Assembly: GCA_021735045.1 (NCBI GenBank)
Contig: JAIPHU010000009.1
Location: forward strand, 1 to 32,000
Direction: 5' to 3'
Source of the DNA: Candidatus Omnitrophota bacterium
GTDB taxonomy: Bacteria > Omnitrophota > Gorgyraeia > Duberdicusellales > 4484-171
DNA: 32,000 nt
The position numbers were made by a program, and so were the translations under genes. This document shows positions 23,641-31,874 of this stretch, in pieces. Position 1 is the stretch's first letter. Each line of letters opens with the position of its first letter. The notes under the pieces are model-generated. The model was not told the DNA's origin, did no database searches, and worked only from the letters and a program-made list of their open reading frames with translations.

Positions 23641-24885
23641 TTAAGTAAATATAGTTTCATTGATTTTTATCCCTTTTTTCTTAAATATTTGGAAAAATGT
23701 AGGTTTATTTTTAGCTTGAAAATTTCCTTTTACTTTAAAATCATCAGTTAACTCTTCTATTTTGTAGGTAAAAATATCTCTTAAATTTATATTATTATCC
23801 TCTAACTGACCAACCTCGGTTATATGAGTTAACTTTCTAGTTCCATCCTGAAGTTGCTGGTGCTGAACTATTAAGTCAAGGCCTTGTGATATCTGTTTTC
23901 TTATCGCCCAAGCCGGCAGATTGAGGCCAGCGTATAAAGCCATAGTTTCTAATCTAGTTAAAGCATCAATAGGATCAGATGCATGAATTACAGATAAAGA
24001 ACCCCGATGCCCACTATTTAAAGCCTGAAGATAATCCATAGCTTCCTTACCTCTAATTTCACCTAAAATTATCCTATTTGGCCTCATTCTTAAAGTATTT
24101 CTAAAAAGTGCCCGCGGTGATATTTCACCTTTCCCTTCAATATTAGGAGGACGAGTTAATAATCTTACCACATGATCCTGGCGTAAATTAAGCTCAAGCG
24201 CATCTTCAATAGTAATAATCCTTTCTGAACTATCAATATATGAAGATAAAACTTCTAACGTTGTCGTTTTACCTGAACCAGTAGCTCCTGAAAACATAAT
24301 GTTAACGTCAGCTTTAATACAAGCAACTAAAAAATCCGCCATAGCTTGATTAATCGTCCCTAATCTAACTAAATCTTCTACTTTTTCAATAGACCGTAAA
24401 AATTTTCTAATGGTGATTGTTGTTCCATCAATTGAAAGTGGTGGTAAAATTACATTGACTCGTGAACCATCTTTTAGGGAAAAATCTACATAAGGCGAGC
24501 TTTCGTCTACTCTCCGGCCAGAAGGTGCAACCATTTTCTCAACTATATATCGAAGGTGAGCCGAATCATCAAATTTTGCATCAGCCTCAATCTTTTTACC
24601 ATTTCTTTCTATATAAATTTTGCCAGGCCCATTTACCATAATTTCGGTAACTTCTGGGTCATCCATAAGTTTCTGAAGTGGCCCTAGCCCTAAAAAATCA
24701 TTACAAAGTGAGTTTACCACCGAATTTTTTATAGAGTTATCAATTTCAATCTTATTCGTTTTTTCCAGACGTTCAAAAAATACTCTAGCTCTGTTTACTA
24801 TAAAATTTTTGTCGATATTTTGATTGGTCCCAACTAAGGAACTGATATCCTTTCTTAGAGCTTCTTTAATATCTTTTTTATTCAT
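23641..24885 (-). CDS. CpaF/TadA-family (VirB11-like) secretion ATPase, orphan
   Basis: IMVNGPGKIYIERNGK, Walker A GATGSGKTTTLEVL, ITIEDALEL, ILGEIRGKEA and NSGHRGSLSVIHAS. The ATG overlaps the ispG stop by 8 nt (ATGAATAA). Confidence 0.85.
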   Translation of the reverse strand: MNKKDIKEALRKDISSLVGTNQNIDKNFIVNRARVFFERLEKTNKIEIDNSIKNSVVNSLCNDFLGLGPLQKLMDDPEVTEIMVNGPGKIYIERNGKKIEADAKFDDSAHLRYIVEKMVAPSGRRVDESSPYVDFSLKDGSRVNVILPPLSIDGTTITIRKFLRSIEKVEDLVRLGTINQAMADFLVACIKADVNIMFSGATGSGKTTTLEVLSSYIDSSERIITIEDALELNLRQDHVVRLLTRPPNIEGKGEISPRALFRNTLRMRPNRIILGEIRGKEAMDYLQALNSGHRGSLSVIHASDPIDALTRLETMALYAGLNLPAWAIRKQISQGLDLIVQHQQLQDGTRKLTHITEVGQLEDNNINLRDIFTYKIEELTDDFKVKGNFQAKNKPTFFQIFKKKGIKINETIFT

Positions 24886-25924
24886 ACTCTTTTAACTCCT
24901 TGATTAAATCATCAATTATTTTATCTTCGCTGGTTTTTTTAAAAGTCTTACCATTTCTAAACAAAACGCCCTCACCTTTGCCAAAAGCAACTCCTAGGTC
25001 TGCTTGAGCCGCTTCTCCAGGACCATTTACTACACATCCCATTATCGCAATTTTGCATGGCTTTCTATATTTTATTTCATCTAATTTTTTTCTAAAACTA
25101 TCCACAATCTCAGGCAAATTAACTCTGCAGCGTGAACAAGTTGGACAAGAGATAATTTCTGGGCCAAATTTTCGTAAATTTAAAGATTGTGTTATATATT
25201 TTGCAACCTTAATTTCAGTAACAGAATCTGTAGTCAATGACACTCTGATTATGTCTCCTAAGCCTTTCTGAAGCATAATCCCCAATCCAACAGATGATTT
25301 TGTTATGCCTTCTAAATAAGAACCTGTAGCTGTAATACCTAAATGTAAGGGGTAACTGGATTGCTTGGAAAATATTTTGTTTGCAGTAACAGTTGCAGTT
25401 ATATCTGCACACTTTAGTGAAACCATTATATCAAAAAATTTCTGACTCTCCAAGAGTTGAATATAATTAATAGTTTTTTCTACCATCTGTTTTGCTAAAT
25501 CAGCTTCTGAAATGCTCGCTTTTCTAAAACCACCAGAATTTACCCCAACCCTTATCGAAATATTTTTTTCTCCTGCCAACTGAGCAATTCTTTTGATATC
25601 CTTTTTATCCGAGATATTTAATGGATTTAACCTTATCTGGTCAAAACCGTTGTTTATTGCTGCAATTGCCAACTGAGGCTTAAAATGAATATCTGCAGCA
25701 ATTGGAATCGATATCTGCTTTTTTAAAATTTTAACTATTTTTGCATCTTCTTCCTTTTCCACTGCTAATCTGATCGCCTCGGTTCCTTCTTGGGCTAATA
25801 GTTTAGCCTCTTTTACAAGTAGGTCTATTTTACTAGTTGGCGTCTTTAACATCCCTTTTATCCTAATTGGATTTTTCCCGCCAACTTCTAGATTCCCTAT
25901 TTTTACAACTTTAGTTTTTTTCAT
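24878..25924 (-). CDS. ispG: 4-hydroxy-3-methylbut-2-en-1-yl diphosphate synthase
   Basis: CPTCSRC and GCVVNGPGEA Fe-S motifs. TIM-barrel N-terminal region typical of IspG/GcpE. Confidence 0.92.
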   Translation of the reverse strand: MKKTKVVKIGNLEVGGKNPIRIKGMLKTPTSKIDLLVKEAKLLAQEGTEAIRLAVEKEEDAKIVKILKKQISIPIAADIHFKPQLAIAAINNGFDQIRLNPLNISDKKDIKRIAQLAGEKNISIRVGVNSGGFRKASISEADLAKQMVEKTINYIQLLESQKFFDIMVSLKCADITATVTANKIFSKQSSYPLHLGITATGSYLEGITKSSVGLGIMLQKGLGDIIRVSLTTDSVTEIKVAKYITQSLNLRKFGPEIISCPTCSRCRVNLPEIVDSFRKKLDEIKYRKPCKIAIMGCVVNGPGEAAQADLGVAFGKGEGVLFRNGKTFKKTSEDKIIDDLIKELKEYE

Positions 25925-27347
25925 TCTTTTTCTCTAGATTTTTAATACTTTTAGATTCATTTACTTCTTCTTGGTTAAAAGAACTTTTTAAATCTTTCAA
26001 AATATTAGACCCATGTTTTACGATATCATTATAAAAGATAAAAATTGCTAGAGCTATAAGTAAAAAAAATCCAATTTGATTAGCAGTGTCTTCTATCTTT
26101 GGGCTTAATGGTTTTCCTTTTATTTTTTCAATTCCAAAGAAAAGGATATGCCCTCCGTCAAATACCGGTATTGGTAAAAGATTTATAATACATAAAAAAA
26201 TACTTAGTAATGACATCAACTGGAGCAAGGCAACAAACCCCAGTTGAGCAGTTTTAGAAATTATATAAGATATATAGATTGGCCCTGCTACCGAATCACG
26301 AACGGAAATCGAAGGATCTGTGATCATATACCAAAGGCCTTTTATGCTTAAGACAGTAGTTTGAAATAACATCTCCGCCCCCTTTAAAACAGAGGCTGGA
26401 AATCTTACTTGTAAGATCTTATCTTTTACAGGTGGCCTAATCCCAATAACTGAAATATGTTCTTGCTCCTTGCTAACTCCTCCTGCTTCTTCTTTTTTAA
26501 CAGGAACTTTTAAAGAAAATGTTCTTCCCTTTCTCTTTACTTTTAGCAAAACGCTTTCTTTAGAATCTTGTATATTGTTAGCTAACTCTTCCCAAGTTTC
26601 TACCTTTTGACCATTAACCTTTATAATCTGATCACCTTTTTTAAGACCGGCTTTTTTAGCTGGATATTGATCGATAACTTCTCCAATTACCGACCCATAA
26701 GGCATAATCCCAATTTGAGATACTTCAATATCTCTACCCAGCCGATCGGTAGTTTTCTGTTCTTGGACAGGAACATCAATCTTTATTTTTTGGCCATCTC
26801 TAATTAAACCCATCTTCACTGAATCTTTTGCTTGATAAATCCTATCTTGGAGCTGTGACCAAGACTGCACGTCTCCTCCGGCAACCGTAATAACTTCATC
26901 TCCTGGTTGTAAACCATAACTTTGAGCTGGGGAACCATCTTTAACTGCTCCAATTACAGCATCTTGAACTGGAAACCCCACAGTTGCAATAATAATTAAC
27001 ATCATAAAGGCCAGAATATAATTAAACAACGGCCCCGCAAAAACAATTGCTGACCGTGCACCTGGTGACTTTGAAAAAAATTCATCTCTGTATCCCCTTG
27101 ATTCGACCCGACTATCTCCTGCCATTTTTATATAACCACCCAAAGGAAATACACAAATCAAAAAATTTGTTTTCTTAATTTTTTTCTTAAAGATTGGCCT
27201 ACCAAAACCAATTGAAAAATCTGTTACCCTTACTCCAAATAACCTTGCTACAAGAAAATGTCCAAGTTCATGAATAATAATCAATACACTAAATACTGCT
27301 GCAATAATTACACCTTTAATTAACATTGAAATTATAACTGAAATCAT
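25911..27347 (-). CDS. rseP: RIP site-2 metalloprotease RseP (M50 family, two PDZ domains)
   Basis: HELGH in the first TM helix and NLLPIPVFDGGH near the C-terminus. Two PDZ-like segments (GSPAQSYGLQPGDEV, YPAKKAGLKKGDQI). Confidence 0.92.
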   Translation of the reverse strand: MISVIISMLIKGVIIAAVFSVLIIIHELGHFLVARLFGVRVTDFSIGFGRPIFKKKIKKTNFLICVFPLGGYIKMAGDSRVESRGYRDEFFSKSPGARSAIVFAGPLFNYILAFMMLIIIATVGFPVQDAVIGAVKDGSPAQSYGLQPGDEVITVAGGDVQSWSQLQDRIYQAKDSVKMGLIRDGQKIKIDVPVQEQKTTDRLGRDIEVSQIGIMPYGSVIGEVIDQYPAKKAGLKKGDQIIKVNGQKVETWEELANNIQDSKESVLLKVKRKGRTFSLKVPVKKEEAGGVSKEQEHISVIGIRPPVKDKILQVRFPASVLKGAEMLFQTTVLSIKGLWYMITDPSISVRDSVAGPIYISYIISKTAQLGFVALLQLMSLLSIFLCIINLLPIPVFDGGHILFFGIEKIKGKPLSPKIEDTANQIGFFLLIALAIFIFYNDIVKHGSNILKDLKSSFNQEEVNESKSIKNLEKKNEKN

Positions 27348-28504
27348 ATCTCTCCTAAAATCTCCTTTGTTTTATACCTTGCCCACCTGTCCCAATAATA
27401 AATATCTTTAACTGATTTTATTTTTTTCTTTGGATATATTTTAAACATTTTTTTAATATTTTTTTCAATTTGAGTAAACTTAATCTTTCCATTTAAAAAT
27501 AAATCAACAACTATTTCATCACAAGCATTTAAAATAACTAAAGAATTATCTCCCCGTTTACCAGCCTCTAAAATTATTTTTAATAAAGGAAACTGTTTAT
27601 AAGATATAGGGCTATAGGAAAAACTATACTCTTTTTTTTCATTATCTGATTTAGGTAATTTCATTCTTTTTGGATAAAAAAGCGCATAAGATATAGGTTT
27701 TTTCATATCCGGAGGATAAATACAACTAAAAGTTGTCCGGTCAGATAACTTAACCATTGCATGCATTAAAGACTGGCGATGCAAAAGTATTCCGATATTT
27801 TGATAATCAATATTAAAAAAATTATGAGCCTCTATCACTTCGAATCCTTTATTAACTAAAGTTGCGCTATCAACGGTGATCCTTTTGCCCATATCCCAAG
27901 TCGGATGATTTAAAACTTGTTTTGCAGTAACCTTTTTTAAAGATTTTTGATCATAATTTAGGAGTGCACCGCCTGAAGCTGTAATATAAATTTTACCTAT
28001 ATTCTTATTGTTTATTTTGTTCAAATTAAGCAGTTGAAATATTGCATTTATCTCACTATCTACAGGAATAATCTCTGTTTTGTGTTTTTTTGCTTTCTTG
28101 AAAATAAATTTTGCCCCGATAACCACTGCCTCTTTATTGGCTAAAGCGATTCTCTTGCTAAATTCAATATTTATAAGCAATGGCCTAAGGCAATCTATAC
28201 CCGAGATAGCCATAATTGAAATATCGGATTTTATTTGAGAAAACTTTTCTAGGCCTTGTTCGCCACTCAATAGTTTGAATTTTATTTTCGTTCTTTTTTT
28301 CAGCTTGTTAGCTGCTGCTTTATCTTTTAAGCATACATACTTGGGCTTAAATTTTTTAATTTGTTTAACTATTTCTTTTATGTTGCTATTGCTGCAAAGG
28401 CCTATAACCTCAAACTTATCTGTTGTTTTTTCTATAACCTTTAGGCTATTTTTACCAACTGAACCAGTAGAACCAAAAACTAATACCTTCTTTTTTTTAC
28501 CCAT
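27344..28504 (-). CDS. dxr: 1-deoxy-D-xylulose 5-phosphate reductoisomerase
   Basis: GSTGSVG NADPH motif, LANKEAVV and NHPTWDMG motifs. ATGA overlap with rseP. Confidence 0.92.
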   Translation of the reverse strand: MGKKKKVLVFGSTGSVGKNSLKVIEKTTDKFEVIGLCSNSNIKEIVKQIKKFKPKYVCLKDKAAANKLKKRTKIKFKLLSGEQGLEKFSQIKSDISIMAISGIDCLRPLLINIEFSKRIALANKEAVVIGAKFIFKKAKKHKTEIIPVDSEINAIFQLLNLNKINNKNIGKIYITASGGALLNYDQKSLKKVTAKQVLNHPTWDMGKRITVDSATLVNKGFEVIEAHNFFNIDYQNIGILLHRQSLMHAMVKLSDRTTFSCIYPPDMKKPISYALFYPKRMKLPKSDNEKKEYSFSYSPISYKQFPLLKIILEAGKRGDNSLVILNACDEIVVDLFLNGKIKFTQIEKNIKKMFKIYPKKKIKSVKDIYYWDRWARYKTKEILGEI

Positions 28505-28508
28505 AAGT

Positions 28509-28544
28509 ATTTACTTTAACCTTTATCCTTTAACCTTTAACCTT
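28509..28544. repeat. Heptamer tandem array (TTAACCT; AAGGTTA on the mRNA) in the dxr leader
   Basis: 28516-28543: ttaacct ttatcct ttaacct ttaacct. A degenerate unit lies at 28509-28515. Confidence 0.8.
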
Positions 28545-28548
28545 ATTT

Positions 28549-29352
28549 TTAACGCATCATTGTAATATATACATAAAAAGTCGGAGCCGTAAAAATCAAG
28601 CTGTCAATAACATCTAAAACTCCGCCCATAGTTAAAAACATTTTTCCTGAATCTTTAACTTGGCAGTCTCTTTTAATTAAAGATTCAAAAAGATCTCCCA
28701 ATTGAGAAACAATAGCTAGAATTATAATTAAAAAAAACTTTTCCCAAAAACTAATGCTTTCGATAAATAATGAATAAATTAGCCCTACTCCTAAGCTCAT
28801 AAAAAATCCGCCGGCAGTTCCCTCAAGCGTTTTTTTGGGACTTATTTTTTTAATTAAAGAAGTTTTGCCAAAACTTTTCCCCCAAAGATAGGCTCCTATA
28901 TCTGAAGACTTAGTAACCAAAACTAAAAAACTTAAAAGTAATGCTCCTTCCGGAAGTTGACGTATTCTAATTACAAAACTAAAACACCAAGAAATATATA
29001 AAACACCAAAAATAGTAGCTGAGATTGAAAGTATTGGTTGATGGGCTCTTTTTTTAGTTAACTCTAAAAGAAATAACAAAAACAGGCCAAGAACCACAAA
29101 AAGAAATTGCCATCCTTCTTTTATTGAAAAGCCAAAATAGATAGTTATTGGTATTAAAAGGCCAATAGCAAGCCCAACCGGCTTAAACATTCTTACCTTT
29201 TTCTTCTCTACCATATAAAAAAACTCATAAAGTGCAATAAATATAAAAAGAGTTACAAACATACCGCAAAGCGGATAAGAAACAATTCCTATAACTGCTA
29301 CAACTGCTAAAATAATAGAAAATATTAATCTTTTAAGCATTGATTTTTCCAA
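28549..29352 (-). CDS. cdsA: Phosphatidate cytidylyltransferase family protein (divergent signature)
   Basis: Multi-pass membrane protein with SSDIGAYLWGKSFGK, ISPKKTLEG and SLIKRDCQVKD motifs. It sits between uppS and dxr as in many bacteria. The start could be M1 (29352) or M5 (29340). Confidence 0.8.
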   Translation of the reverse strand: MEKSMLKRLIFSIILAVVAVIGIVSYPLCGMFVTLFIFIALYEFFYMVEKKKVRMFKPVGLAIGLLIPITIYFGFSIKEGWQFLFVVLGLFLLFLLELTKKRAHQPILSISATIFGVLYISWCFSFVIRIRQLPEGALLLSFLVLVTKSSDIGAYLWGKSFGKTSLIKKISPKKTLEGTAGGFFMSLGVGLIYSLFIESISFWEKFFLIIILAIVSQLGDLFESLIKRDCQVKDSGKMFLTMGGVLDVIDSLIFTAPTFYVYITMMR

Positions 29353-30043
29353 ATTTTCTCACCCTCCCCGAATATTCTTCGATAATATTATCAACCCATT
29401 TTTTATCAAAATCTGGCCATAACACTCCAGGAAAACAAAACTCAGTATAGGCAGTTTGCCAAATGAGAAAATTACTAATTCGTTTTTCCCCAGAAGTTCT
29501 CACCAAAATATCCGGATCATTAAACTTCGATAAAGAAAGATAGTTGGCAAAATTTTCTTCATCTATTTCTTCCTCTTTCATAGAGCTATTATTGACTGCT
29601 TGAACTATTTTTTTAGTCGCACTAACTATATCCCAACGGCCCCCGTAATCTATAGCAATATTTAGGAAAAAATTAGCATTATCGCAAGTGGCCTTTTCAA
29701 TTTCATCAATTTTGTTCAAAACTTTCTTGTTTAACCTGTCTCTACGGCCAATTATTTTAAGTTTTATGCCTTCTTTAATTAATTCTTTCTTATAGTTGGT
29801 TAAAAAATTGATTAAATAATCAAATAAATGCCTTATCTCATTTTTCGGCCTATTCCAATTTTCTGTTGAAAAAGCAAAAAAAGTTAAAACCTTTATCCCT
29901 TTTTTCTTGGCTTGATGGACTACTTCTTTTACCCGTTTAGCTCCTTGCCTATGCCCTTCGGTTCTAGGTAAACCTCTCTCTTTAGCCCAACGGCCATTGC
30001 CATCCATTATAATTGCAACATGATCAGGAATCGTTAAACTCAT
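29333..30043 (-). CDS. uppS: Undecaprenyl diphosphate synthase
   Basis: HVAIIMDGNGRWA, FAFSTENWNRP and RTSGEKRISNFLIWQ motifs. Confidence 0.93.
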   Translation of the reverse strand: MSLTIPDHVAIIMDGNGRWAKERGLPRTEGHRQGAKRVKEVVHQAKKKGIKVLTFFAFSTENWNRPKNEIRHLFDYLINFLTNYKKELIKEGIKLKIIGRRDRLNKKVLNKIDEIEKATCDNANFFLNIAIDYGGRWDIVSATKKIVQAVNNSSMKEEEIDEENFANYLSLSKFNDPDILVRTSGEKRISNFLIWQTAYTEFCFPGVLWPDFDKKWVDNIIEEYSGRVRKFGKINA

Positions 30044-30065
30044 TTCACCCGCCTATATAATATTT

Positions 30066-30085
30066 AAGGGGGCGTGTGCCCCCTT
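30066..30085 (-). terminator. 8-bp GC-rich stem-loop between the coiled-coil gene and uppS
   Basis: aagggggc-gtgt-gccccctt. The T-run lies on the plus-strand side only. On the minus strand an A-run precedes the stem and TTAAATATT follows it. Confidence 0.35.
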
Positions 30086-30119
30086 TTTTATAAAGCAAAG
30101 TTATAAAACCTTAAAGCAA

Positions 30120-30500
30120 CTATTGCTTTTTAAGATTTTTTTCTTTTGATTCTTCTTCTTTAGATATTTCTTCTAAAGATTTACTTTCTTCTTTTAACGT
30201 CTTAACTTTTTCCTCGAGCTGCTTAACCTGGGAAGAAAACTGATTATTCTCTTGCTTTAGATCATCTACAGTTTTACTCAATGAGATATTCTGTGCATTT
30301 AACTGTTCTGCCTTTTCCTGAAGATCTATTTTTTCTTCTTTTAAGTCTTCGATAGTTTTTTCTAAACTTATATTTTTTGCACTTTCTTGTTTATATTCTT
30401 TGGATAAAGAATTAACTTTCACCAAAAGAGAAACTCCTCCTATAACTAACACCACAACAAGCCCAACTAATAAGCTTATTATCCAAACATTATTTTTCAT
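30120..30500 (-). CDS. Membrane-anchored coiled-coil protein
   Basis: N-terminal TM helix (VWIISLLVGLVVVLVIGGVSLLV). Heptad-rich E/K/L sequence with an internal duplication (NISLEKTIEDLKEE / NISLSKTVDDLKQE). ATGA overlap with the upstream gene. Confidence 0.7.
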   Translation of the reverse strand: MKNNVWIISLLVGLVVVLVIGGVSLLVKVNSLSKEYKQESAKNISLEKTIEDLKEEKIDLQEKAEQLNAQNISLSKTVDDLKQENNQFSSQVKQLEEKVKTLKEESKSLEEISKEEESKEKNLKKQ

Positions 30501-31132
30501 TTTAGTTCCTCCTCTGAATAAACTTCTTCAACTTGATCTTGTTCTGTTTTAGTTATTGCTTTAGGTAAAACCACTATCTCTACTCTCCGATTCAATTGGC
30601 GGCCTTTTTCTGTGTCATTTGAAGCAACTGGCCTATAAGGGCCATAGCCCCTTGCTGAAAGTTTCTTTGAATTAACTCCTTTACTTTCTAAATAATACAA
30701 AACACTTAAAGCTCGTTGAGTCGAAAGTTCCCAATTTGAATCCCAACCTGAATGCTTAATTGGAATATTGTCAGTATGGCCTTCGACTCCAATCTCGTTG
30801 CCGGGAACTTCTTCTTTTAGAATTCTAGCTACCTTATCTAGCATTTCTTTACTATCTTGCTTTATCTTAGCCTTTCCCGAATTAAAAAGAACCTCCGCTA
30901 CAAAAGTAATCACTAGTCCCTTTTCTGCCATTTCCAGACGAACCTGTTGATCTTGCAACTCTGTTGCTAGGCGCTTTTTTAGAACTTCCCTGGCATGCTT
31001 TAGGCTTTCCAGTTCTTTTTTTAAAGTTTGAATTTTTTCTATATCGGAGCGGCGTCCTTTTTGAAAAACCACTGCGCAACCATTAAAAATAAAAACAGAT
31101 ATAACCAGTAGTAAAAATATTTTATTTTTCAT
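30497..31132 (-). CDS. OmpA/MotB-family peptidoglycan-binding lipoprotein
   Basis: Signal peptide with a lipobox-like FNGC. Coiled-coil segment. OmpA_C-like domain (FNSGKAKIK..., GHTDNIPI, STQRALSVLYYL, GYGPYRPVASNDT..GRQLNRRVEIVV). Confidence 0.88.
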   Translation of the reverse strand: MKNKIFLLLVISVFIFNGCAVVFQKGRRSDIEKIQTLKKELESLKHAREVLKKRLATELQDQQVRLEMAEKGLVITFVAEVLFNSGKAKIKQDSKEMLDKVARILKEEVPGNEIGVEGHTDNIPIKHSGWDSNWELSTQRALSVLYYLESKGVNSKKLSARGYGPYRPVASNDTEKGRQLNRRVEIVVLPKAITKTEQDQVEEVYSEEELK

Positions 31133-31354
31133 ATTCCCTCCTGATAAACAGACATTGTTTAGGGTTTTCCCGGTTTCTTCTAATTTATACGATACTGATA
31201 CCGGTCCCCGGATAAATTCCAGGTATTTTTTAATAAATTTATTCTCTGTAATAGTAAATTTTTAGATAAAATATCTGAAAAACCCTTACAAATTAAGCAG
31301 TTTCAGATTATCATAAACAAAACTTTTAGTCAAGAGCTTTGATTGTACTATAAT

Positions 31355-31385
31355 GCAAAAAGGGAGAGCTTCACTCTCCCTTTTT
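31355..31385 (-). terminator. Rho-independent terminator (usable in both directions)
   Basis: agggagag-cttca-ctctccct, with T5 on the plus side and an A5 run on the other side, which reads as TTTTT after the stem on the minus strand. It lies 27 nt downstream of the 33-aa ORF stop. Confidence 0.7.
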
Positions 31386-31412
31386 GGTAAAAACAAAAGA
31401 AGTTATTGATAA

Positions 31413-31514
31413 TTATTTCTTATGAACAGCACAAAACTTCGATCTTCCAGATGCTTTATTTTTACATCTCTTGCCTGCCTTTGTCTTAGCAGCACATCTT
31501 TTTTGCTTTGCCAT
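31413..31514 (-). CDS. Small basic Cys3His peptide (33 aa), unannotated
   Basis: Below the ORF-track size cut-off. Hand translation: ATG GCA AAG ... CAT AAG AAA TAA = MAKQKRCAAKTKAGKRCKNKASGRSKFCAVHKK. GGGGGGTGA SD 5 nt upstream. It has its own promoter-like element and terminator. Confidence 0.65.
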   Translation of the reverse strand: MAKQKRCAAKTKAGKRCKNKASGRSKFCAVHKK

Positions 31515-31548
31515 GTTTTCACCCCCCTAATATCTTATCAACGGAAAC

Positions 31549-31577
31549 ATTTTATCATATTATCTGTTTTAGTTCAA
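31549..31577 (-). promoter_or_regulatory. Candidate sigma70-type promoter of the 33-aa peptide gene
   Basis: The minus strand reads TTGAAC-17 nt-TAAAAT, with TG two nt upstream of the -10. Confidence 0.5.
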
Positions 31578-31595
31578 ACCCCTTCATCTAATTTT

Positions 31596-31871
31596 TCACT
31601 TATATTTTTTATAACAATCTTCTCTTTCTTCTTCATAGACCCTAAGATGAATAATAGCAGTATCTTTATTTAGTCCACAACCTTCTTTAAGCCCTAATGC
31701 TTTGCAAGAATCATCCCATCTTTGAGTATGACTTTTTTCCACAGCTTGAAGACATTGATCTAACTTATTTGATTTTTGGAAAGGTTCTAAAACAAACTTA
31801 TAAAATAAAGAAATACTAGCTAAAAAAATGGAGAGAGTTAATGCTATTTTTATAAACTTATTAGCCACCAA
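31596..31871 (-). CDS. Small membrane-anchored 4-Cys protein, unknown function (start codon uncertain: TTG 31871 or GTG 31868)
   Basis: 90-91 aa ORF with an N-terminal hydrophobic helix (FIKIALTLSIFLASISLFY) and four Cys. No ATG and no SD. A consensus promoter lies immediately upstream. Confidence 0.5.
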   Translation of the reverse strand: MVANKFIKIALTLSIFLASISLFYKFVLEPFQKSNKLDQCLQAVEKSHTQRWDDSCKALGLKEGCGLNKDTAIIHLRVYEEEREDCYKKYK

Positions 31872-31874
31872 AAA

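Noticed and set aside
16594-28544. Whether the tandem 7-8 nt arrays could be CRISPR arrays or tRNA/ncRNA genes.
   Set aside because: The units are directly tandem, with no spacers, and are far shorter than CRISPR repeats. No cloverleaf or known ncRNA structure is evident. They are reported as simple repeat arrays instead.
2459-30950. All plus-strand ORFs in the track: 2459..2728, 8953..9150, 12611..12874, 13319..13519, 13919..14128, 18084..18266, 18324..18557, 19544..19852, 19768..20001, 20600..20788, 21030..21320, 22303..22494, 22553..22774, 25053..25271, 26607..26807, 28275..28565 and 30768..30950.
   Set aside because: Each lies antisense within a well-supported minus-strand gene. Each has a low-complexity or hydrophobic translation typical of shadow frames in AT-rich DNA, and none has a recognisable motif or SD.
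12672-31079. Minus-strand ORFs nested in alternative frames: 12672..12878, 22851..23042, 25215..25412 and 30882..31079.
   Set aside because: They lie entirely inside longer genes with clear family signatures (the GNAT protein, proS, ispG, the OmpA-like gene). They have no independent start signals. They are frame artefacts.
31133-31333. The roughly 170-200 nt leader of the OmpA-like gene as a riboswitch or sRNA. It has TTGACT-type promoter-like sequence at 31305-31333, a CCGGT...ACCGG stem and a GGGAAAACCC hairpin.
   Set aside because: There are only short 3-5 bp stems and no resemblance to any riboswitch class I can recognise. The promoter -10 element is ambiguous (GATAAT at 15-nt spacing or TAATCT at 17-nt spacing). 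Evidence is insufficient.
31422-31673. Plus-strand 83-aa ORF.
   Set aside because: It is antisense to the 33-aa peptide gene, its promoter and the end of the 91-aa ORF. Its translation is hydrophobic and low-complexity, and it has no SD. The minus-strand unit has full expression signals.
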